A DNA stretch of 64,000 nucleotides from Vicinamibacterales bacterium (lineage in GTDB: Bacteria; Acidobacteriota; Vicinamibacteria; Vicinamibacterales; UBA8438): assembly GCA_965202655.1 (NCBI GenBank), contig CBDBBK010000002.1, positions 144,639 through 208,638 on the forward strand, in the 5' to 3' direction. A program made the translations under genes and the position numbers. Positions 56,013 to 64,000 of this stretch are shown here, piece by piece (position 1 is the first letter of the stretch; each line of letters starts with the position of its first letter). The notes beneath the pieces were generated by a model, which saw only the letters and a program-made list of their open reading frames with translations, ran no database searches and was not told the origin of the DNA.

Positions 56013-57494
56013 GTGACACTTCCCCTGATGGATGGCCCCGGGGATCGCCCCGTCGGGTGGCGGCCGTGGTGCGCCTCCGCTTTCGCCGACGCCCGCGCCG
56101 CCGGCGCGCCCGTCCTGCTGTCGCTGGGGCCGTCGTGGTGCCGCGCCACCGCCGCGATGGCGTCGGACACTTACGCCGATCCCGCCGTCACCGCCCTGAT
56201 TGCCGAGCGGTTCGTTCCGATCCGCGTGGACGCGGACGCCCGCCCGGACATCGCCGACCGCTACAGCCTGGGCGGCTGGCCCACCACCGCGTTCCTGACT
56301 CCGGACGGCGACTTGCTGGGGGGCGAGACGTACATACCGCGCGAACGGATGCGCGGTCTGCTGCCGCGGGTGGCCGATGCCTTCGCCGCGCAGCGCGACG
56401 CGATTGCCGGGCGCCGCGCGCCGGCCCCGGGAGCACCCGTTCCCGCCGCCGCACCTGACCAGACGATGGACGGCTGGCTCGCCGCGCACCTGCTCGATCA
56501 GTTCGACGCCGAGCACGGCGGCTTCGGGAGCGCACCGAAGCGCGTGCACGCCGCCGCGCTCGAGTATGCGGCGCGCCGCGCCGCGGCGGGTGACGAACGG
56601 TTCGGCGACGTCGTCGACCGGACGCTGCGCGCCATCGGTTGGGGCGGGTTGTACGACCCGGTGAACGGCGGCGTCTTCCGCTACTGCGCAGGGTCGAACT
56701 GGACGGAGCCGGCGACCGAGAAACTGCTGGGCGTGAATGCGGCGGTGTTGCGGCTGCTGCTGGAACGCGACGGCGACGACTACCGCGAGCGCGCCGCGCA
56801 CCTGATCCGCTACGTCCGGCGAACGCTGCTCGGCCGTCCCCAGGGCCGGGCCGTGTTCTTCGCGAGCCAGCGGGCGGACCCCGACTACTACGCCGGCGAA
56901 ACGCTCCCGCCGCCCGCGGTGGATCGCGCCCTGTACGCGGACGGCACCGCGCTGATGGTCCGGGCCTGGGCGCGCGCCGCGACAGTGCTGGACGACGAGA
57001 GGCTGCTGGCGGATGCGGTCGACGCCCTCGAGCACGTGGTCGCCGGCACCTACGAGCGCGGCGGCGGGATCGCCCACCGGGCGGGCGAAGACGGCGGCGG
57101 AGCCGATACGGTGCGCGGACTGCTGGGTGATCAGGTGGCGGCCAGCGCGGCGCTCCTCGATCTGTACGCGGTGACGGATCGCGACGTCTATCTCGACATG
57201 GCGCAGGAACTGATGCACTTCTGTAACCACCACCTCTGGGACGATACGGCCGGCGCCTTTCGCGACCGCGTCCACGCCGCCGGCGACATCGGACTGCTCC
57301 GGGAAGCGGCATACCCCTTCGCCCTCAACTGCGATGCCGCCCGCGTTCTTCTCCGGCTGGCCCGTCTGACCGGACACGCGCCGTTCCACGACCGCGCCCT
57401 CTCGACGCTCGCCGCGCAGACTTCCACCGCCCGCGCCCACGGCCCCGACGCCGCTCCCTACGCCCTTGTCCTTCAGGATCTCGCCGCCGCCTGA
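56013..57494 (+). CDS. DUF255 thioredoxin-domain / YyaL (SPATA20)-like protein
   Basis: SWCRATAAM, FVPIRVDADARPDI, GGWPTT, GGFGSAPK, GGVFRY; start uncertain (56013 or 56028). Confidence 0.85.
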   Translation: MTLPLMDGPGDRPVGWRPWCASAFADARAAGAPVLLSLGPSWCRATAAMASDTYADPAVTALIAERFVPIRVDADARPDIADRYSLGGWPTTAFLTPDGDLLGGETYIPRERMRGLLPRVADAFAAQRDAIAGRRAPAPGAPVPAAAPDQTMDGWLAAHLLDQFDAEHGGFGSAPKRVHAAALEYAARRAAAGDERFGDVVDRTLRAIGWGGLYDPVNGGVFRYCAGSNWTEPATEKLLGVNAAVLRLLLERDGDDYRERAAHLIRYVRRTLLGRPQGRAVFFASQRADPDYYAGETLPPPAVDRALYADGTALMVRAWARAATVLDDERLLADAVDALEHVVAGTYERGGGIAHRAGEDGGGADTVRGLLGDQVAASAALLDLYAVTDRDVYLDMAQELMHFCNHHLWDDTAGAFRDRVHAAGDIGLLREAAYPFALNCDAARVLLRLARLTGHAPFHDRALSTLAAQTSTARAHGPDAAPYALVLQDLAAA

Positions 57495-57537
57495 GACCCC
57501 GGTCCCGCGGGCTGCTAGAATTCGCGCCGAAACAGCC

Positions 57538-59424
57538 GTGCCTTCCGACCCGTCCACGATCGCCGCTCTCGAACAGGTCGCCCTCCGGCTCCGTGTCGCC
57601 TCCATCCGGGCGACGAGCCAGGCGGGCAGCGGGCATCCCTCGAGCTGCTGCTCCGCCGCGGATGCCGTCGCCGCGCTCTTCTTCGCGCAGATGCGCTTCG
57701 ATCCGCGCAACCCGCAGCACGACGACAACGATCGCTTCGTCCTGTCGAAGGGGCACGCGGCGCCGCTGCTCTACGCCGCCTGGGCGGAAGCGGGCTACGT
57801 CCCGGCGGACGAACTGCTCAATCTGCGCGCCATCGATTCCGACCTGGAGGGCCATCCGACGCCGCGGCTCCCGTTCGTCGACGTTGCGACGGGTTCCCTC
57901 GGCCAGGGGATCTGCGCCGCGATCGGCATCGCGCTGAACGCGCGGCGGATCGGTTCGGACTACCGCACCTACGTCCTGATCGGCGACGGCGAGTCGGCGG
58001 AGGGATCGGTCTGGGAGGCGGCGCAGGTGGCCCAGCGGTACGCGCTCGACAACCTCTGCGCCATCACCGACGTCAACGCCTACGGGCAGAGCCGCATGAC
58101 GCAGTGGGGCCACGACATGGAGGCCTACCGGGCGCGGTGGGAGGCGTTCGGCTGGCACGCGGTCGTCGTCGACGGCCATAACATGCGGCAGATCGTCGAC
58201 GCGCTCGACGAGGCGGCGCGCACCCGTGGCCGGCCGACGATGATCCTGGCGCGCACGCTGAAGGGGAAGGGCGTCGCCCTCATCGAGGGCAAGGACGGGT
58301 GGCACGGCAAGCCGATCCCGCCGGGCGAGCCGCTCGATGCCGCGCTCGCCCCACTCGACGCGCAGCGGATCCCGGGAGCGGCGGCGCCCGAGATCCCGCC
58401 GCCGCCCGCACGTTCGATGCCGCCGGCCGCGCCCGCGCCGAGCGGGCCGCCGCGGCTGCCGGCGCCCCCTGCCTATGCGCCGGGCGACAAGGTGGCGACG
58501 CGCGCCGCGTACGGCGTAGCGCTGGCGGCGCTCGGCAGCGTGGACCCGCGCATCGTCGCGCTGGACGCCGACGTCAGCAACTCCACCTTCAGCCAGGACT
58601 TCGAGGCGGCGCATGCCGACCGCTTCTTCGAAACCTACATCGCGGAGCAGGTGATGGCCGGCATGGCGATGGGCTTCGCCAGCCGCGGCGCCATCCCGTT
58701 CCCGTCGACGTTCGCGGCGTTCCTGACGCGCGCCGCCGACTTCGTCCGGATGGCGGGGATCGGCCGGATGAACATCACCTTCGCGGGATCCCACGCCGGG
58801 GTATCGATCGGCGAGGACGGCCCGTCGCAGATGGCGCTGGAAGACCTCGCGATGATGCGCGCGGTGCCCGGGTGCGCGGTGTTCTATCCGTGCGACGGGA
58901 TGAGCGCGGCGCGGCTGGTCGAAGCGGCGGCGGGCTACGAGGGGATGGTCTACATCCGGACGACGCGCCCGGCGACGCCGGTGATCTACGGGCCGGACGA
59001 GGCGTTCCCGATCGGCGGCTCGAAGGTCGTGCGCCAGTCTCCGGACGACGCCGCGACCGTGGTCGCCGCCGGCATCACGCTGTTCGAGGCGCTCAAGGCG
59101 CACGACGTGCTCGCCGCGGACGGCATCGCGCTGCGCGTCATCGACGCTTACTCCGTGCAGCCGATCGATCGCGCCACGCTGCTCGCCTCGGCCGCGCAGA
59201 CCGGCAACCGACTCATCACCGTCGAGGACCACTATGCCGCTGGCGGCCTGGGCGACGCCGTCAGCGAAGCCGTGGCTCCCGACGGCATAGCGGTCGAACG
59301 CCTGGCGGTCCGCGAAGTGCCCCGAAGCGGCCCGCCGGCCGTCCTCCTGGATCGTTACGGCATCTCCGCCAACCGCATCGTCGCCGCCGTCCGCCGGCAG
59401 GTCGCCGCCACCAGTTCCGCGTAA
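57538..59424 (+). CDS. tkt: Transketolase
   Basis: GSGHPSS, LSKGHAAP, GDGESAEG, IAEQ, GEDGPSQ, VEDHY. Confidence 0.93.
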   Translation: MPSDPSTIAALEQVALRLRVASIRATSQAGSGHPSSCCSAADAVAALFFAQMRFDPRNPQHDDNDRFVLSKGHAAPLLYAAWAEAGYVPADELLNLRAIDSDLEGHPTPRLPFVDVATGSLGQGICAAIGIALNARRIGSDYRTYVLIGDGESAEGSVWEAAQVAQRYALDNLCAITDVNAYGQSRMTQWGHDMEAYRARWEAFGWHAVVVDGHNMRQIVDALDEAARTRGRPTMILARTLKGKGVALIEGKDGWHGKPIPPGEPLDAALAPLDAQRIPGAAAPEIPPPPARSMPPAAPAPSGPPRLPAPPAYAPGDKVATRAAYGVALAALGSVDPRIVALDADVSNSTFSQDFEAAHADRFFETYIAEQVMAGMAMGFASRGAIPFPSTFAAFLTRAADFVRMAGIGRMNITFAGSHAGVSIGEDGPSQMALEDLAMMRAVPGCAVFYPCDGMSAARLVEAAAGYEGMVYIRTTRPATPVIYGPDEAFPIGGSKVVRQSPDDAATVVAAGITLFEALKAHDVLAADGIALRVIDAYSVQPIDRATLLASAAQTGNRLITVEDHYAAGGLGDAVSEAVAPDGIAVERLAVREVPRSGPPAVLLDRYGISANRIVAAVRRQVAATSSA

Positions 59425-59573
59425 GCTGTTGCGGCGTTCAAGTACAAGCGGCGTGCGCGGCGGATGACGTCAGACGGGATGGAGAAAAACTGAACCCCGG
59501 GCGCATACCCGAAGGCAGAGGCGGACCCGGGGCGTTGGGTTAGCATAACGTCTAACTTCGTCAACGCGCAGCG

Positions 59574-61310
59574 ATGGGGATCATCATGTCAAGAGGAACA
59601 CTGGCGGTGGCGGCTATGCTGGGGATCACGCTGGTCGGCTCCGACTTCGGAATGCAGATGCAGGCGCAGTCGCAGGAGGCGCTCGGACACGGCTACAGCC
59701 GGCCCGCCCGGAGCGTCCACGGCAGCCGTTCCGAGGTGATCGCCCCGAACGGCATGGTGGCGGCGAGCCAGCCGCTCGCCGCGCAGGTGGGCCTGGAGAT
59801 CCTGAAATCCGGCGGCAATGCCATCGACGCCGCGGTCGCCGTCAACGCGATGCTCGGCTTGGTCGAGCCGCACATGAACGGGATTGGCGGCGACCTCTTC
59901 GCCATTCTGTGGGATGCCGAGTCCGAGCAGCTCTACGCGCTGAACGGCACCGGCCGCGCCCCCTACGAGATCACGCGCGAGACGCTCGTCAGCCAGGGCT
60001 ACGAACGGATGCCGGGCACGGGCCCGCTCACGTGGACGGTCCCGGGCGCGGTGGACGCCTGGAGCGAACTGCTCGACCGCTTCGGCACGATGGAGCTGGC
60101 CGAGCTGCTGCAGCCGGCGATCGGCTACGCCCGCGACGGTTTCCCGGTGAGCGAGATCATCCAGGGGCAGTGGTCGGCGTCGATGCCGTCGCTCCGGGAG
60201 TGGCCGACGTCGGCCGCGACCTACCTGCCCAACGGCCGGCCGCCGGCGGTGGGCGAGCTGTTCCGGAACCCGCAGCTCGCCGACACCTACGAGCAGATCG
60301 CGGAGGGTGGCCGCGACGCGTTCTACCGCGGCGAGATCGCCCGGAAGATCGTCGCGTTCAGCGAGGCGAACGGCGGCTATTTCACGATGGCCGACTTCGA
60401 GGATCACACCTCGGCCTGGGTTGAGCCGGTCAGCACGAACTACCGCGGCTACGACGTCTGGGAGGTGCCGCCCAACAGCTCGGGCATCCTCGCGCTGATG
60501 ATCCTGAACATCATGGAGGGCTACGACATCGCGTCCCTCGGCCACAACAGCGCGGAGGCGCTCCACCTCTACACGGAGGCGAAGAAGCTGGTCTGGGCGG
60601 ACCGTAACACCTACGTGGCCGACGGGGACGCGAACGAACTGCCGACGCGGCAGCTCATCTCGAAGCCGTACGCGGAGGCGCGCCGCAAGCTGATCGACCG
60701 GCAGCGCGCCGCGACCGCCGTGACCCCGGGCCAGCCGTTTGAGTACAGCGACACCGTCTACCTGACGGTGGTCGACAAGGACCGGAATGCCATCTCACTC
60801 ATCGAGAGCATCTTCGGCAGCTTCGGCTCGAAGATCGTTCCCGCCGACCTCGGCTTCGCGCTCCAGAACCGGGGCTCCGGCTTCACCCTGGAGGAGGGCC
60901 ACCTCAATTCGCTCGCGCCGCACAAGCGCTCGCTCCACACCAACATGCCCGGGTTCGTCACCAAGGACGGCAAGCCGTTCATGCCGTTCGGGGTGATGGG
61001 CGGTCCGATGCAGCCGCAGGGCCACTGGCAGGTGCTGTCGAACATCATCGACCATGGCATGAACCTGCAGGAGGCGGGCGACGCGGCGCGCGTGCGCCAC
61101 AGCCCGAGCAGCCGGCCGGGCGGCACGCTGGCCGTCGAACCGGGCATCTCCGACGAGGTCATCGCCGAGCTCCGGCGCCGCGGCCACCATGTCGAACGGC
61201 AGGGCGGCGGCGGGATGGGCGGCTACCAGGCGATCATGATCCACCCGGAGACGGGCATGCTCCACGGCGGCACGGACCCCCGCAAGGACGGCCTGGTCGC
61301 CGGGTACTAG
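59574..61310 (+). CDS. ggt: Gamma-glutamyltransferase
   Basis: GGNAIDAAVA, GIGGD, DTVYLTVVD (Thr nucleophile), GVMGG, DPRKDG. Confidence 0.93.
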   Translation: MGIIMSRGTLAVAAMLGITLVGSDFGMQMQAQSQEALGHGYSRPARSVHGSRSEVIAPNGMVAASQPLAAQVGLEILKSGGNAIDAAVAVNAMLGLVEPHMNGIGGDLFAILWDAESEQLYALNGTGRAPYEITRETLVSQGYERMPGTGPLTWTVPGAVDAWSELLDRFGTMELAELLQPAIGYARDGFPVSEIIQGQWSASMPSLREWPTSAATYLPNGRPPAVGELFRNPQLADTYEQIAEGGRDAFYRGEIARKIVAFSEANGGYFTMADFEDHTSAWVEPVSTNYRGYDVWEVPPNSSGILALMILNIMEGYDIASLGHNSAEALHLYTEAKKLVWADRNTYVADGDANELPTRQLISKPYAEARRKLIDRQRAATAVTPGQPFEYSDTVYLTVVDKDRNAISLIESIFGSFGSKIVPADLGFALQNRGSGFTLEEGHLNSLAPHKRSLHTNMPGFVTKDGKPFMPFGVMGGPMQPQGHWQVLSNIIDHGMNLQEAGDAARVRHSPSSRPGGTLAVEPGISDEVIAELRRRGHHVERQGGGGMGGYQAIMIHPETGMLHGGTDPRKDGLVAGY

Positions 61311-61377
61311 TCGAAGAGCTGCTCGATTGGCGGCAACTGCGATGATCCGTCACGTTGGGCGGAGAGCAAACTGAGGA

Positions 61378-61971
61378 ATGCCGAAGACGGATGCTCGCGT
61401 CCGGCCTACGGAGGAACTCACTAACTGGCAGATGGCCGTGCTGGCCCTCTACGCCCTAGGTGGAGCAACGTCGCCCCTGCACGGCGAAGACGTCGCAATG
61501 AAGTGTTACGAGATGGCGCCGCGCAGATTCGGTTGGGAGAAACATCGGCAGTACCCGCACCTCGAACGCGCCTGCGCAGCCTTGCGCGACGCCAAGAAGG
61601 AAAAGAACGGCGCCCTAGTCAGCGGCACCGAAACCAAGGGCTGGCTCCTCACGAAGGAGGGACTGGCGTGGTGTGAAGAGAACGCGGCGGTGCTCGGTGC
61701 CGGGGTACTTCGGAGCGGGATGTCATCTCTGCCGAAGGCTGAAGTTCGCGTACTCCGAGAGCTTGAAGCGCACCGCCTGTTCGCGCAGTGGAAGCGCGGG
61801 GAGCGCGAGATGTCGCGTTATGAAGTCGCTGACGCCCTAGGCTACCCCGCGGATGCGCCTCGCGACGCCGTGCGCGTACGTCTCGACGCGCTGATCGGCG
61901 CTGCTCATATTGCGAAGATGGGCGAGATGGAGAGGTTTTTGGAGTGGCTCGAACTGACGGTCGTATCGTAG
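61378..61971 (+). CDS. Hypothetical protein, possibly winged-helix
   Basis: GAGG RBS; HGEDVAMKCYEMAPRRFGW...YP...LRDAKK...GWLLTKEG. Confidence 0.7.
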   Translation: MPKTDARVRPTEELTNWQMAVLALYALGGATSPLHGEDVAMKCYEMAPRRFGWEKHRQYPHLERACAALRDAKKEKNGALVSGTETKGWLLTKEGLAWCEENAAVLGAGVLRSGMSSLPKAEVRVLRELEAHRLFAQWKRGEREMSRYEVADALGYPADAPRDAVRVRLDALIGAAHIAKMGEMERFLEWLELTVVS

Positions 61972-64000
61972 ACGTCAAGGTCTCTGCTCGCGCCCAGCGG
62001 CAGGATGCGGAACTCGCCATGGGTTCCGACCCGATCAACGCTATCGTCGAACTCGTTACCAACTCTGATGACGCCTACCTTGCGATGAACAGCGGCAGAC
62101 GCGAGAAAATCCGCATCGAGGTCGAGCGCCACCGGCGCGCACCGACGACAATCGTGGTCAGGGACCGCGCCGGCGGCATGTCCGAACAGGAGCTTGAACA
62201 ACGGCTCGGCACGATGGGCCGGCGGACGAGCGGATTCGAGACCGGCGCGGAGCGTAGGGGGCTGTTGGGTCGCGGCGCCAAGGATATCGTTCATTTCGGA
62301 CCAGCCAGATGGGAATCCGCCAAGGATGGAAAGTGTAGCTACTTGGAACTGCTCTACGAAGGACGGTTCACTGGCAAGGCCAAGGTAGGGCGACTGGGAA
62401 AGACCCCGCGCAACGAGAGAGGTACAACAGCCACTTTGGAGGTTCAGCCTCGTTTCCGGGTTCCCCAGCACGACACATTGTTACGGAAGCTCCGCAATCA
62501 CTACGCTCTGCGCCCGTTAATCCTCGACGAGAAAGTCAGAGAGTTGACGCTTGCGGATCTGTCGCAGCGGCGCAGCGACAAGGTACGTTTCGTGCCTCCA
62601 AGGGCTCGCGTTCTTGAGAAGACCACGCTCCCCATTCCTGGCTACGAGGGCCAGGAGTTGAAGTTGTGGCTCTATCAGGCAAGCGAGCCCCTTTCAGATG
62701 AGGGAGAAGAACGCGAGTACTGGCAGCATTCCATCCTTATTCAATCAGGACGAGCGGCGTACGAGATATTCGACGGCGGCAAGTTCTCTCGTGAGCCCTA
62801 TGCTTCGCATCTCAGGCGCATCTACGGTTACGCCTGTGTTCCCGGCATCAACGAGTTGATTCGCGAATTCGATGATGCGGAAAGCGAGGGCACCGCAACG
62901 GACAAGCACAATCCGGTGAGGCTCGTACGGAGGGATCGTCATGGTCTGCCGGCGCGGAGAGATCACCCTTTTGTGGAAGCGCTGTATACCGTGCTCGAGG
63001 GCGCGCTCGAGCCTCACTTGGAACGACTCAGAAAGGCTGCCGAAGAAGCGGGAGGTAGAGTCTCCGATGAAGCGAGGCGCAGATGGGATCGCGCCGGGCG
63101 GGAGCTTGCGAGACTCATGGAGGAGGAAGGAGCCGGCAGCGGGCTTGAGGGTGAGCTTCCGCCTCCAGGTTTGTCATTGATCCCGGCCGTTCGTCGTGTC
63201 GAGCCCGGTGAAGTGGCCCGCTTGCTGGTGCGCTATCGCCCCCGCGAGGACGATCCATTGGACGTGCCGACGTGGGCAGTCGAAGTCACAGAGTCCAACG
63301 AAGATGGCCCGCGCGAACCGGTGTCCGTGAACTTGGAGTCGAGGCACGGTTATTTCAGCCGTACCTACAGCATTACCGGCAGGGAAGAAGGTTCGCTCAG
63401 CGAAGTGATGGTTCGCACCGGTGCCGAAGAGAAGAAGGCTCTCGTCGAGTGGTGCCACCGTTCAACTCCGCCGGTCGCGGACTTCGAATTCGAGCATGCG
63501 CGCTTCTCTATCAAAGACGGTCAGGAGCGGTGGGTGGCGCTGTTTGCACCTTGGGACATGGTCACGGGTGTTGGCGAGCGGGTTAGGTTGCAGATCGACG
63601 GGGATTCGAACATCACGTTGCGTTCGGGACCCACGGGCGTGTTCACGCACGATGAGGACCGTGACGCCGGCGTTTGCCGGATTAGGGTGCGTGGGCAGGG
63701 CATTGGCTCGCGTGCGCGCTTGACCGCCACACTGGGCGACGATGTGGCGGAAACGGAGTTGACAGTTGCTGGCGCGGGTGTTGCTGGCATCAAGATCGAC
63801 ATAAAGGAAGAGAAGATCGAGCAGCGTGCCTGGATGGAAGCAGGTAGGGTCTGTGTTAACGCAAAGGACCCGACTGTGAGGCGCTACCTCGGCCCCAAGA
63901 GTGCCAATTGGCCCGGCCAGGATTCGGTGCCGTTCAATGTCATGCTCGCCGAAGTGATCGTCGAGGCCGCAGCGCGCGGTCAGCTCCAGCAGAAAGAGAC
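61944..64000 (+). CDS. GHKL (MORC/Hsp90-like) ATPase, 3'-partial; absent from the ORF track because it has no stop
   Basis: GTG 61944 with GGAGAGG RBS; AIVELVTNSDDA, VRDRAGGM, RGLLGRGAK; frame open at the points checked through to the window end. Confidence 0.85.
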   Translation, partial: MARTDGRIVDVKVSARAQRQDAELAMGSDPINAIVELVTNSDDAYLAMNSGRREKIRIEVERHRRAPTTIVVRDRAGGMSEQELEQRLGTMGRRTSGFETGAERRGLLGRGAKDIVHFGPARWESAKDGKCSYLELLYEGRFTGKAKVGRLGKTPRNERGTTATLEVQPRFRVPQHDTLLRKLRNHYALRPLILDEKVRELTLADLSQRRSDKVRFVPPRARVLEKTTLPIPGYEGQELKLWLYQASEPLSDEGEEREYWQHSILIQSGRAAYEIFDGGKFSREPYASHLRRIYGYACVPGINELIREFDDAESEGTATDKHNPVRLVRRDRHGLPARRDHPFVEALYTVLEGALEPHLERLRKAAEEAGGRVSDEARRRWDRAGRELARLMEEEGAGSGLEGELPPPGLSLIPAVRRVEPGEVARLLVRYRPREDDPLDVPTWAVEVTESNEDGPREPVSVNLESRHGYFSRTYSITGREEGSLSEVMVRTGAEEKKALVEWCHRSTPPVADFEFEHARFSIKDGQERWVALFAPWDMVTGVGERVRLQIDGDSNITLRSGPTGVFTHDEDRDAGVCRIRVRGQGIGSRARLTATLGDDVAETELTVAGAGVAGIKIDIKEEKIEQRAWMEAGRVCVNAKDPTVRRYLGPKSANWPGQDSVPFNVMLAEVIVEAAARGQLQQKE

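Noticed and set aside
59425-59573. Glycine riboswitch upstream of ggt (GGAGA...CCGAAGG)
   Set aside because: Lacks the CTCTCAGG element; only a CCCCGGG/CCCGGGG stem and a short GTTAG/CTAAC repeat

Overview
GC-rich bacterial chromosomal window. Gene content suggests Acidobacteriota (Vicinamibacteria-like), which is an inference only. The core backbone is tRNA-Gln(CTG), an LMF-family gene, a four-gene Anbu operon, mtgA, a BON/beta-barrel-mlaEFD-mscS operon, dtxR-feoA/feoB, gdhA, gltX-glnS, trkAH, an aromatic amino acid decarboxylase, tkt and ggt. It also carries a TonB receptor divergent from an ExbB/DUF2149/exported CobN-like/MbnH-like cluster resembling hmuRSTUV. Small accessory units are interspersed: higBA, an orphan vapB fragment, an HD phosphohydrolase with a SocA/YwgA-like partner, an AAA-DUF4143 gene, a methyltransferase-HNH fusion, a Fic gene, and a small protein plus MORC-like GHKL ATPase running off the right edge. 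Several things are not visible in the ORF track: an OsmC-family selenoprotein (in-frame TGA at the catalytic Cys with a SECIS-like hairpin, 55499-55963); a 65-68 bp insert that cuts off the C-terminus of a serine hydrolase; a MITE-like family (three copies) that supplies gene ends; a ~1.5 kb segment bounded by ~85 bp direct repeats with a nested AT-rich piece between 13 bp repeats; and many apparently leaderless genes. All calls come from reading the sequence; no database search was run.
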